Positions 12,301 to 24,790 of a stretch of 64,000 nt of DNA are shown one piece after another. Both the position numbers and the translations under genes were made by a program. The notes under the pieces are model-generated. The model saw nothing but the letters and a program-made list of their open reading frames with translations. It searched no databases and was not told the origin of the DNA. Source of the DNA: Balanoglossus misakiensis (lineage: Eukaryota > Animalia > Hemichordata); NCBI GenBank assembly GCA_040954595.2, contig CM082579.2:7739625-7803624 (forward strand), given 5' to 3'. Every line of letters begins with the position of its first letter. The stretch's first letter is position 1.

Positions 12301-14770
12301 CATTGAGAGGTTCGTTGTAGAAGTCTTCGAGCTTGAGCAGCGGCCTGTAAGAGTCAATCGCCTTGACGCCCAGCTCTCTCTCCAGCTCGTCCTCCTTTGG
12401 CACTTTCCTGTCCTTGCTCTCGTGCGCGATGGCACCGAACAGGTCGTTGAGATCCTCGTGATCGAACTTCACGACGTCGTTCTTTTCGTCGATTTCTCCG
12501 GCCAGAAGGCTCGCGTAGAATACCAACTTCATACACTTTGTTGCACTGGTGATGGAATCGTCTTCGTTGACGAGGGCGCTCCGCGAGCGCCCACTGTACT
12601 GTCCGCTGATGACCTTGAACGTGATCAGCTGCTGGAACATTTCCAGCTTCTTCCGCAAGTTGTCCGCGGGGTACCGGGACCACAGCCGCACGAGCGTCGC
12701 CTGGGCGGAGACGGGCAGAAGACTCATGGCCTTGCAGAAACCCGGCAGCGCAGTGTCAAGATACTCCGGACTGTGCAGCATGGGATTTTCCATGATGATC
12801 AGGAACAGATTCAGATAGCTGGGATTGTTCTTCAGGGGCCGCTTGTAGCGCAGATCGATCTCGACGGTCGGTGACAAGTAGATTAGCGCGTTCAACAGCG
12901 CGTTCTCCGTTCCTTTGCCGCCGCTGCTGAACAAGACCCGGTACACGTTTCGGACCGCTTCAATGTCAACAGTCACAAGATCCTCGGTCGGAGAAACTGT
13001 CTTGTCGTTATCCGCATCCTGTTCGGTCGACTCATCCACATCTTTGTCCTCGTCAGCCGAGACGTCTTCCTTCGTGGGCTCCGCGTCTCGCTGCGACTTC
13101 AGGAAACTGGCGTTGAGAGCATCGGTATCGGAGAACACTACCCCGACAACTCTGATCAGGGGGGAAAAGTCATCCTTGTCTGTGCACTTTGCCAGTAGCT
13201 CCAGTACAGCCTTTTCTGATAGCCCAGGTTTCTTGGGTACTGTTTGGATATAAAGAGAGATAGAGAGTGTGGGATGTTGCAAGAGAAATGGTCAGTACAC
13301 AGCCATAATTAATACACACATGTGGCCTGGGTGAGTACACTGAAGATTTCCGATCTTATGTATACATGTCATTGTGTCTATTTAAAAGAAATGGGCAATC
13401 TCGTTCGTGCATCTCTACCTGTCTTACTGTGTTCACAGTTGCTCGTTGAAGGGCCCTCAGTGCACTGGACTGGACCGGCCACCGAAGTGCTGGCGGCGGC
13501 GCCGTCCGTGCACTGCACCTGCTCGGACTTCGGTGCCCTTTTGGCAATTTTGGAAGGGGTCTCGCACAGTTTGGCCTTCTTCTTGAACAGGTCCAGAGCC
13601 AACACGGCTGCTTCATTGCTGTCCAGTTTCTTACGTTTGCCACTCGACGCGCAAAACTCATTGGGGCACTCGCCATCCCCACAGCCGTCGACCAGCTGGT
13701 AGTAGTAACGCTCAATCAACTGTTTTGCAGCCACACGTTTCCTGGAAATGTACGGCGAAAAAAAAAATGCCGTTCACATTCAGATTCATCCGCATGGTTC
13801 AGAATTCTTCGTTACTGCCGTACAGTATTCTAACACATATTTATTATCACTGCTTAACGCAGCCCCACCCCTACTCATCATTAACTCACCACAGTGAATG
13901 AAAAATCTTTACAGACCTTAAAATATACATCATAGCCATCCGCCAACCACACGTATGCGTTCCCATGGAGACAAATGTACATTGCAAAGGGAAGCAAATG
14001 GCCATAACCTTGACAGAACAAACGCTTGACCTCCACAGTTAGACAAATCAGAAAAATTGCGTTTTACAGTTACACTAAGAAATTCTGTAACTTACATGTC
14101 TTCAGCTGTAGAACCTGGTTGGTTGTTCACTGGTGTGATTTTGTTGTTGCTGAGTAACAGAAACAATACGAAATATATGAGATCATACATCGTATGTACA
14201 TAGCACTGCATTACCCAAATTCAGTGGAATACTGGCAAAGTCATCCCATTTGGTTTGCCAGTGTACAACGGTCAGACCACTCAACAAATTACTGGTAATT
14301 TGGGGGCGTATATGAATGTATTATTTGGCGCTAGGCTTCAAATACGTAGGCTGTCGATTGCAGCAATCGGAAATCATATTGCGTGGCAGACTGAGAGGAA
14401 GGGGGATAGGGGAACGGTGGTAGATCAGAATACAGCCTGCCGAAAACGTTAGAGAACGTTGTTGACTACGTGAACAGCAATAAACGATGCTGTCGTATGT
14501 TTGGGCTTCCAACTTGACTGGAATGTGCAGTATTTAGAAGGTGAGGGATCAGCTGACGGGTTCAACAAAGCGTTAAGACAAATCAATCTCTTATTTGCAG
14601 AGTTTGAGAAGTAACGCTCTTTGCTGTAAGTATGCCAACAGGGTGAAACAATTTATTAAAAACATCATGTCATCCTACTGATACGAAACGAAAGATGCCT
14701 ACCTGTCAGCGGCACCGTTTTCTGGGGCTTGTGCTCCCGGGCTCTGAGACGATTCCTCGGACGAACTCAT
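9389..14770 (-). CDS. UBE3A: Ubiquitin-protein ligase E3A (E6-AP), HECT E3
   Basis: Coding exons (minus): 14770-14703, 14149-14096, 13741-13419, 13239-12050, 11642-11498, 11263-11058, 10910-10746, 10450-10295, 9969-9896, 9777-9634, 9509-9389; all GT-AG with consistent phases. N-terminal AZUL zinc finger ([32 protein letters not shown]), HECT motifs ([19 protein letters not shown]), catalytic [10 protein letters not shown] and the typical KGFGML* end. The first two exons are less certain. Confidence 0.97.
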
Positions 14771-16501
14771 ACGAAAATCTGCAATTCAGAAATGAAAATA
14801 AAAATTGCCACCGCCTTTACATGGGATGGCTAACATGGAAGCGTTTGTCAACAGACAAGATCAATACAAAACACGGATAAAAATCCTCTCTGAAATCGTC
14901 GCCATTTTGGATTTCGGACAGATTTACCCAAGATTCCATGGACACAGAACTACCTAGCTCTCGGTGTGTTATCAACTGATATCAGGCTGGCATTTTACCA
15001 TCTATCCTCCAGAAACAGGGAAACCGCATTAACAATATGTCTTGAATTTAATTTAAGGCCATGGCAACTTTGTTCTGTTTGAAATGATGTACTTCAAGAA
15101 ATCACCAACACTATATATACGAACACAAAAAGGTAGAGTTAAAGGGTCAGTTAACTTCCGGTGGGGACCCGAACCGAACTGGGTTTTGGATCAGATTCTA
15201 ACAAATCTTTATGAAAGGGATTGGAAAAAACCCTGTGTGCGACATGACATTTGGCACCGTAAAATTGTTATTAGATGTCCATAATTTAAGAAGAACATCT
15301 ATCATTCTAAATTTTAGAAAGATATTACGATAAACACAAGTGAATCAATGATCTCATATTTTGCTCAGACAACTTTAAGCTTTAGACTGGAGAAATACCA
15401 TTTTTCTTTTCTCAAGGCGCGTACTACCTGAATTCATTTACGATATAAAATGATATAAATGATACATATAGACTTAGACAATGTTATCAGCATACTGTAT
15501 TTCATGCCACAGTACATTCGGCTACACGAGAAACTCTACTTCCACTTTCACTTACTCGAATCCGAAACAGAATCAGAGACTGGCTTCAGCATCGTTATGA
15601 CAACTGTAAAGTACTGACGCCCTCTACAGGTAAAAGAAACTTAAAGTCCAGTCGCAAGTACGTGTCAACAGGGCTGCGTACAGTATACAAATGTAGACAC
15701 ATTCAATTTTTTTCTACAATACAAGTATATTGAAAGGGTAGAGTTTTGAAACTGGGGACTTTAGACCTTGCAAACAAAGTTTGGAAACCTTTAAGACAAG
15801 TTAACAAGATGACGGACAACAGCAGAGCTGGGTTTTCTAGAAGAGACAAGTCCACATGCTTGCTTATAGTGCGCACACATCCTTAGAAAGATAACAGTCA
15901 CACGTAGATATGCAAGAAAATAAACTTTATATATTTTAACCACATGCATTTCTTACATGCAGCAAATGTCACGTTTACACGTAAAATACAGTGACTAAAC
16001 TCAAACATAACTGTTGAAAGTGCTTTAGCGTTTCAAGCATTCTGTCAATTTCAAGTGAAAGAGTCGTGATTATCTTCCAGTGCATCACTGTCATCTCCAA
16101 CTTTTCTTGATTTATAATGAATTTACTGTGACAATAAGTATATTTTCAACTGGCCCAGATCTGGTGCCTTTTATCATGCATTAACATACAGCAACCCAAT
16201 TTCAATATCAGTTACATTTGAAAGCCTAGCTGAAACTGAAAAAATCTAGGTGATGTCATATGTCACAACAGGCAAACTTTCAGCACATACAGTTTGGAGA
16301 CGAGATATTCAACGTTACTACCTCGCTGTAACACAACTATACAGACCATATTAAGTACTACTGACTGAGAAAACTAAATTAATAACCCAAATAAACTGAA
16401 CTGGTCAACGTATTTAGATTGAACAAGTTGGCTAGAGCTTTATTGGTTAGTACTACATTCGCGAGCTGAGGCTACAACAACAAAAATGTCATCAGCAGTA
16501 C

Positions 16502-19318
16502 TCAGTAGTCAGGGTGGCACCAATGGTAGATCTTCACACTGGGCTCATTTGTGCTGACGGCAATGACTGGACCTTCTCCATCGTCGCCAATGTCAATGGC
16601 TGTAATGTAGTCAGCCCCGGTATTCAACACACACAGTGTCTCAAGCGTTGCTACGGCAGTTTCATTGCGGTTAAGATTGATCCAGATGTCCTCTTCCACT
16701 TCTTTTTCTTCTTCCTGTTCGTCCACTCCGAAAACATCAACATAAATACCCCCATCTCCATCTCCATCGGCATCCTCCTCCTCCTCCTCCAAACTCGTAA
16801 AACGGAAAATCTTCACCTGGCCGGCACTGTCTCCCAGGGCTAGGATGTCCCCTCGCAAGACCATGTGGACGGTGGTGGACATCAGATGGTGCAGAAACTT
16901 TCCCTCCTCCTCCTTGTTGTTGTTGTTGTTGTTTACAGCCCATCTACTCTGTTTCTCTTCATGGGTTTTATTTCTTTCGTCAACGACAAGAACCTGTACG
17001 AGGCTGTGGGATGCATCTGAAAGACAGATGAAATGAGGGGCGAGTAAGTGAGGGGCATTTAATTACACATGTAAACCCCCCTCCCCCCGTTTCCTCTTTA
17101 GAGGTCCAACTTTACCATAGGAAAACAATGGGTTGGGGCTGAACCATGGTAGAGAAAGGGTTAACATGCACCGTAGAAGTCTGTATGACCAATAGAATTC
17201 TTTGTTTGAAAAGGGCTGGAACAGAGGAAGCTAAATCTCTTACCTGCTGAACAGAGGCCAATGGTACCCCTTAGTACAACGTTCCTCACCCAATAATGGA
17301 CATTAATGATGGCACGGCAAGATGATACATTTGCATTCCACATTCTAACTGTGCAGTCTTCGCTTCCGGAAATGATCTGGTAAAAAGAGAGAAAAACAAA
17401 TTTACCCTGTACAGTATATGCGCAGAGAGAGAAATCATTTCATAACACAAGAGTAGCCTGGAATTTAAACACACAACAAGAATATACACCTAGTAGTACT
17501 GGTACATTGTAATTCAATGTGCATGTAATGTGTTAACCAGTCTCTCTGTGATCTGAGATCTGATCATTGTAGACTTGGGCGTCACACTCATAACTCAGTA
17601 ATATCGACTGTATCATGTAGTGAAATCAACCTACGGTATTCTTCCAAATAGACACTGTCTTCACTCTGGCCGTATGACCAACCAACATCCTGACAAGAGT
17701 GATATCAACTCTGCCATCTACTGTCCGGCTGAGTTTCCAGACAGACAGCCGTCTGTCATCAGAGGCAACAACACAGGTGTCTTCCCATATGCTGTCAACG
17801 GAAACCATTCCAAATTTGTTTGTGGGTTTTTTTGAGGGGGGGGGGGGGGGGCGGTCAAAGTTTCTTCCTCAAGACCCACAGTCAACGAATACCTCTAACT
17901 GGACAACAATGCAATTTCTACACTTTGTCATCTATGCTCTGCAAAGAGCAAACATTTGTATGGTCTAATATTGGTACAGTTTGAAAATAAATTTCGTGAT
18001 AATTTCCCAAAAAATTTGCAGCTCATGGGGCTTTAACTGGGTACAAGCAACTGCTAACAGCTATCACAGAGGGAACCAAGACTCTAGATCATGCAATACC
18101 TGATTGCGTTGAGCGTATGTACATGTGGGGTTTTCGTAATTGAATCTACGATAGCCAAGTGATTTAGTGGATACACGACATGGATATCCCGGTCTGCCGA
18201 CACTGAGATCAAAGTGTCATGGCTGTAGGCAGAGTCTTCAGAGTGTCCCCTGAAGAAATCCACTTTTGGGGAGAAAAAAAATAAGTGTTACCAAGGCGTT
18301 GCATTGTGGGAAAAAAATAATCAAACATACCGAATCTTTTGTGGTGTGAGAATAACAATGTAATTACATGTGTCACCCTTTAAGGAGTATCAGCCAATAC
18401 CTTTTAATTTGAGGAAAGCAATAGAACTCATATTATCATAACAACTGTTTATACTGTTATGTAAATTAGCCAATAATGTTACATAAGTTATGATTGGTCA
18501 GCTTCTTTGGCGATCCCCTCTTCTTTGAAAACTTAACATACCTGATTTCCCAAGGACAAGGTCTGTCACCTGTCTATTATGTTGACAGACTTTTCTTTCG
18601 AAGTGTCCTGCCTGGTCCCATTGCAACACTTGGCCTAAGCTGTCCCCGGTGTAAACAAAGAGTCCTGATGGGAAATTACATTACACATGGCAAACACTAA
18701 GAGTCAATGGTTCTGTTAGATTACCCAAGCCCCCCAACCCCTTTGCAAACAGCAATGCGAATTCAGAATTTTTGTGTGTAAAATGTATCATCGATGCAAA
18801 GAACAGTCTTATACATATACCTATGTTGCATGCTCGGGCAATGTTATTCATTTCATACCTGAGATCTTGACACAGTTAACGGACACATTTGCCGGTCCTT
18901 CCACATCCAGTGATTGCGTTTCCGTCTCCAGCTGCAGCCATTTCCCGATGAACCGGCTGCAGTGCCACTCTCGGTAGATGCCCTTCCAGAAGCCTTCATC
19001 GACGGGCACCACGCGGGTACTCTCCACAAACCCAGCCCCGGTGGTGGCCTCGCTGCATTGGTCACCATGGGGGGTCCGAGTTCTGGTGGCCTTTCGGGTG
19101 CGAAGACGTCGGTAACCCTGCACACCCGTCAACTGCATCAGCACCTCGGCCGGGATCTCTTCCAGGCACTTCCATCTCCAGATGTCCCCGTTCTTGCCCA
19201 AGCTGCAGACGGCTTCATACCATTGCTTACACACTCGTTGCGCCTGAGCCAATGACACCCCGGGTAAGAACTGCAAGATACCCTCAAGGATTTCAGGTGG
19301 CACCACAGACTCTGCCAT
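16502..19318 (-). CDS. F-box/WD40-repeat protein
   Basis: Exons (minus): 19318-18859, 18664-18542, 18262-18100, 17791-17635, 17376-17244, 17016-16502, phases consistent. F-box (VPPEILEGILQFLPGVSLAQAQRVCKQW) followed by WD repeats (VYTGDSLGQVLQWD; VVASDDRRLSVWK; GHTARVKTVSIWKNTIISGSEDCTVRMWN; ALGDSAGQVKIFR). Confidence 0.88.
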
Positions 19319-19986
19319 CCTCACTGGTCTCCAGGATAACAAAAAAACACCACTGGTTTATTAAAGCCCCATGAGCTGCAACTGGATAAGAAAATAACCC
19401 TACATAATCTCGAATATACTTGATAGTATGGTGTATAAAAAAAACATTAATTTCTTACATTACAAACCATTCCCTTCCCTTAATAAAGGGGAACTAACAT
19501 ACCCAATGTTAACAAATGTCGGAGTTATTCTTCTCCTATGCTAACTAAAATGTGATGCTCAGTCTAATGGGCATGGATTCCACCCTAAATTTACATATGG
19601 CCATATATGGTTAAATGGGCGTGTCTGTGTCTTTAAAATCTGTACTTTTTATCCGACACTGTTGTGTGGATCTTTGTTGGTAATTCAGTCATGGGAAAAT
19701 GACATATGGAACGCATTTGATTTCTGGGGGAATATGTGGATTGGGAGAAGTGTTAGCAGATGGTGCAGAAACATTACATTTTCTTCTGCAATGCCTTTAT
19801 GAGAAAAAATCACACTGATTTAGAGATTTTTTGACCAAAAATGAAGAAAGTTACAAATAAATGGAAAATGGAAACAAATCCTGATATTGACATTTAGATG
19901 CATGCAGATCGTATCGCGTATATTTCATCAAAATCCCCAGCCAGATGTAGTTAAGTAATACAGTTGTAGTAGGTTTCATAGCTCAT

Positions 19987-20048
19987 TTAGTCTCGGTTAC
20001 CCAGACTCCTTCGCGCCAAAGCGAAGGAGTCTGGGTAACCGAGACTAA
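19987..20048. repeat. Perfect palindromic (hairpin) element, 28-bp arms with a 6-nt loop
   Basis: TTAGTCTCGGTTACCCAGACTCCTTCGC-GCCAAA-GCGAAGGAGTCTGGGTAACCGAGACTAA. A second copy of the outer 19 bp is at 3489-3507. Confidence 0.9.
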
Positions 20049-20145
20049 GCTCGTCGGAAAGTTTTGCTTGGTGATCCATTGGTATTGGGTGGACGGCAAA
20101 ACCAAAAGTATGCAAAATAAGCCAAATGAATTGTTTGTAGCTTAC

Positions 20146-20300
20146 ATGCAACACGGAAGGCACGCTACGCAGCACAACGTCTGGCCGCATCCACACTAAA
20201 AAGATTTGATCAAACTTTTTTCCCGCGGTGTGAATCATCAGCGCATGTCAACCGGAAGTTGTATACTGCCACGTACGACCGAAAAGCGCATTTCCTGCCA
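20146..20300. promoter_or_regulatory. Probable bidirectional promoter between the F-box/WD40 gene and TMEM165
   Basis: Head-to-head genes; CpG-rich; ETS/GABP-type CCGGAAGT at 20252-20259. A minus-strand GTAAG donor at 20145 marks a likely non-coding first exon of the F-box gene. Confidence 0.55.
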
Positions 20301-20463
20301 GCATGGCCGCGACGAGAATCCATTCAGTGCTAGTGTTTATCATACGAGTCGTTGTTGGAATGACATGATTTTATTTCCTACAAAGGTGCGCGTTGTTCTT
20401 AAATAGAAGAGGAGGTACTTTGGCTACATAATCAGTTTGAACCTTTTTTACATTGTCGTCAAA

Positions 20464-23400
20464 ATGGAGTTCATACAGTCGAGTTTTCGCCGGCTTTCAT
20501 CGGTGCTTGTTGTCGTCGCGATCGTCGCTGTCCTTATCCTGGAAGTTGCCCAGTGCCAGGACATCAAACAGCAGCTCCAACCGAAAGACAATGACAACTA
20601 TATTAAACAAGGCGACGAAAAGGAAGAGGGAGACGCGGTAAGTATGAGAAAGAAGCCAGGTCGCCAGTCAACTCGACTTATAATGAGTATTATGCATGCG
20701 ATAGCATGGACTGGTCAGTTGGTCCTGGTGAAGCTGGTGTATATTTACTACGGCTTGGGTCAACTCTAAGTATGGGGCTAGGGTGATTATGTAACACATT
20801 AACTGACAATCGTTGGCTTTGATCATATCGTTCGTAGATATTATAAATGACTGTAACTGTATAAATGGTGAAATGGCAAAATATGCTGGAATTACGTTTA
20901 CAGTGTGATATTCGTCCAAATTTGATTGCCAAATATTAACAAGAATGGCAGATGATTTGCATGGTTATTGAGTTGCCCCATCATTCATCATGCATGATGA
21001 TGATGCAAGATAATTTGGGCAATAATGATACATTATTATTAATAAATGTACTGCATCACTGTACTTCGTCAGCGTCATAAGCCACAAACCATGGAAACAG
21101 CGTGCGCCTTTCCAAGGTCTGTGTTGGATCCTCATCCCAAAATTAAATAATCCTCCAGATAATATTGTGCCATTTGGTCATGCCAAGTAAAATAGAATAT
21201 TATTGGCTACTTGTGTAGACAGACCCTGCATAAACAGTGTATTTACTTACAATTGGGAATAAATTAGTGAATGATATTGTTATAAATCTGATTTAGGGTA
21301 GAAGCTGTATACCAATCCATACATTGTTTTTTGACTCCATTCTACATGTACATCCTACACCCATGTAGAAATGCATGTACGGTAATCAGCGTTTTGATTT
21401 CTGGCAAACGAGGCATAGACTCGACTATTGACATGTACTGATAATGCTTCATAATTTGAGGTTTGTTTACTGTTATGGTTACAGCTATAGTCTGTGTGTG
21501 TGTGTGTGTGGGGGGGGGGGGGGTTAAACTAAAGTAAATAGAACCATGAGTCATATCATGGCTGCATGATCATCTCTCGTGCGTCTCCATTGTATTACCA
21601 AGTGGTAGCAGTGATTGATGGTGCAGTGCCAGATAACCCAGTTATGTCTCTATTTAGGGCGCAACTTATAGATTTAGCCAGAGTGCAGCGTACTGTACAT
21701 ATCACAGTGAGATTGTTGGAGGTCAAAGGTCAGAGTATGTGCATTGACCAATTCCTTGCCAACTATTATTGCCATCGGAATATGCATGAACATCACACTA
21801 AATTCATTTTGCATCTCACCTCTGCGGTAGCATGATTTCAGACATGCATGCATGTATGTATGATTGCAATGCATGTACATACATCATACATGTACACTTG
21901 CCTCATTGCTTTCCCAAAATATACTAACAGCATATCATTTCCTTCCAAATTGAACCGAAACCATCCCGGGTAGACCGTTGCCTCTGATTCCCGTACCGAC
22001 ATTCCGGTGACTGCTGTCCCATCCGATGATATCCCCATCCCCCCAAAGACCACCCTCCTCCATGACGCCCCTCCTCTGCACACACCTTTCACACCCGACC
22101 ACTTTCCTCCAACCACTCTGCTCTCTGAGTATGATGCTTCCCTGATTTCGGAAGAAAACCACCAGGACTGCACATATTCCGTCCATAACCTGAGCAAACG
22201 GCACCTGACCGCCAAGATTGTCAGGGTATCTCGCCGGCATCTGGTATGTGTGTCACTGTCATTTTTCTGCTTCTGCACGTGATTGTCTAAATTTTCTCCC
22301 CTGAAGTCAACTATTGTGGATCTATACATTGTATGTGCAGTGAAATGACATCCAGTAACCTCATGTACCATTTCCAATTTTTAAAAATATTTTATGAACA
22401 TGACATGGAAATTATTTTTTCATTTAATTTTTGGAAAATCACAGAAATTCATTATCGTATCAAATATTTTCAGTAGTTTGCAAATTAGTCAATTCTGTAT
22501 CTGGAATTAATCAATTATGTAGCCTTTGATGAGTTCCGCAGTACGCATGCACAAACAGGAAATGCACCATGTTGGCAAAAATCTATTTCCAGCACTGCCT
22601 TTACTTGGCCTATCAAATACCATATGCCATACTATAATTATTCATTCCACCAGTAAGATGAAATATGGTCAACTGTGTGTACACTTAATTCCCCTCCCCA
22701 CCAAGTCTATGAGAGTTATTATTTGTGAGGTTGTGGCATGCCTTCTGGCAAAGAGGGTGAGGACACGTTCTTTTTTAAAATTACCAGTAGATATACCACC
22801 AATACAATAACATGTACTTCCATTCATCCAAATGGTGAAATGACTGCCAAGTGCCAAAACAGCTGTACAGTGCAGGTACATGTATAAACTATGCACATCA
22901 ACACGATGTACTTAACTTAGTGTCAGGGTTTAAAATCTGGACTAGTTTCTTTTGAAAAAGGAGTGTGTTAAAGTCAACGCAACAAAACCATCACGTTTCA
23001 CACCTGTTGCAAGTGTGCACATACATGTAAATGTAGCATCTCATTTATATAAATAATTTCATTCTTGATCTTCTGCAGGCCAGCGACAGCAACGATGGCT
23101 GGTTTTCTGGTGGCGTCGGGTTCGCCCACGCCTTCGCGGCGTCGATCTCGGTGATCATCGTCAGCGAACTGGGAGACAAAACTTTCTTCATCGCGGCCAT
23201 CATGGCCATGAGACACTCCAGGTTGACAGTTTTCAGCGGTGCCATGTTGGCTCTGGGAATTATGACGGTTCTGTCAGGTAAGTGCTCTTCATGTTGTACC
23301 ACTCTTGTGACTCACCTGCAAATGAAACATTACCTGTCAGAACAGTTACTTTGATGTATCTGCTTGAGAATGTGTTCTTTCAAAATGCCTTGAAAGTTTT

Positions 23401-24790
23401 AAACACAATCAGTTTCATTACGTCAATATTTGGAGTTCGTCAAAATTTATCGTTCACGAAAATTTTCAGTTTTACAGTACATCCTGCAGTCTGAATGCAC
23501 TTAGGAGTATACACACGGTGTTGTTATGTTGCTACGGTGACCACTTCTGGGTGACACCAGTGGGAATGCTAAGGATATTATCATCCAGTTGAGTTGCTGT
23601 ACATTTTTCTCTCTCTACCTCTGTAGCATTTCTCGGCTGGGCGACCACCATCATTCCGAGGAAATTCACGTATTACGCCTCGACTGCCCTGTTTGCAATA
23701 TTTGGTCTGAAGATGCTGAAGGAGGGCTGGTACATGTCGCCCGACGAGAGCCAAGAGGAGTTTGAAGAAGTGCAGGCAGAACTGAAGAAAAAAGATGAGG
23801 AGGTGAAAATAATATCGAGTTTAGTTTCTGAGATGTTGGTTTTGATTGTTTGGCATCAGCTCATGTACAGTGTAGGCCATCACGGACAAGCAAAAGTAAC
23901 GAGTGTGATTTTTCCCTATTTTCAGAGAGAACGAGAACAACATTCCACTATTACACAAGACCCAGAATCGGGAGTCATACGGGGAGGCCAAGTCAAAAGA
24001 AAATTCTTTGGTTTATTATCGCCAATTTTTATGGAGGCATTGGTGTTAACTTTCTTAGCCGAGTGGGGAGACAGGTCGCAGATCACTACGATAATATTAG
24101 CAGCTAGAGAGGTGAGTTTGTTCTTGGTCATTGCTGATACATGTTCCGTTTGCACCTCTATCCAAATTTAATTAACAGCCCGGGTCACACCCTGATTTTT
24201 GAGAACAAGCGTCGAAGCAGTATTTTTTTGCTTTGCAATTTTAGAATTCTGCTCCTTTTATTCTACATGCCCCCTGTAAAAGAGGCATTTAGATTTCAGG
24301 GAATTGAGAATGGGGTATGCAGAGACTACATTTACACCATGGCTCTAATAAGAAGTTTATGGTACTGGTTGTTTTTCGATTGTTGATTGTGAAAATAGTA
24401 AAAGCAGCACAAAAATAACGTGAATCCACAGGCATTTGTTTCCCATGTCCTCCAGTCACACAAGGATTTCCTTTCGTCTTTACAGAATGTTTTTGGAGTA
24501 ACAATAGGCGGTTGTTTGGGCCATGCTCTCTGTACCTCATTGGCTGTCATAGGAGGAAGATTTGTAGCTCAAAGAATATCTGTTCGAACTGGTAAGTGGC
24601 GCGCTGGGTAATCCTGACTTCATTATTGTAATTTGGCTTCAGAGTCATAAACCAGAATTAACCATGTTCTTTCTCTCTTTTTTCTTCTCCCCATTCAGTT
24701 ACCTTAATCGGAGGTGTGGTTTTCCTGATATTTGCATTTTCAGCATTCTTTCTTGACGACTCGTCATCAGAGATACCTCCAGTTGCATAG
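20464..24790 (+). CDS. TMEM165: TMEM165/GDT1 (UPF0016) Golgi Ca2+/Mn2+-H+ antiporter
   Basis: Exons 20464-20637, 23079-23277, 23627-23802, 23926-24111, 24486-24591, 24699-24790. Signal peptide, both family motifs (SELGDKTFF and AEWGDRSQ), acidic central loop (ESQEEFEEVQAELKKKDEE) and GHALCTSLAVIGG. Confidence 0.95.

Noticed and set aside
17061-17164. piggyBac-like end (...AAAGGG-TTAA) in an F-box gene intron
   Set aside because: Only one convincing terminus; the left end is too degraded to call an element.
21658-21734. Second exon-like segment in TMEM165 intron 1
   Set aside because: Available donors are not phase 0, so inclusion would break the frame.
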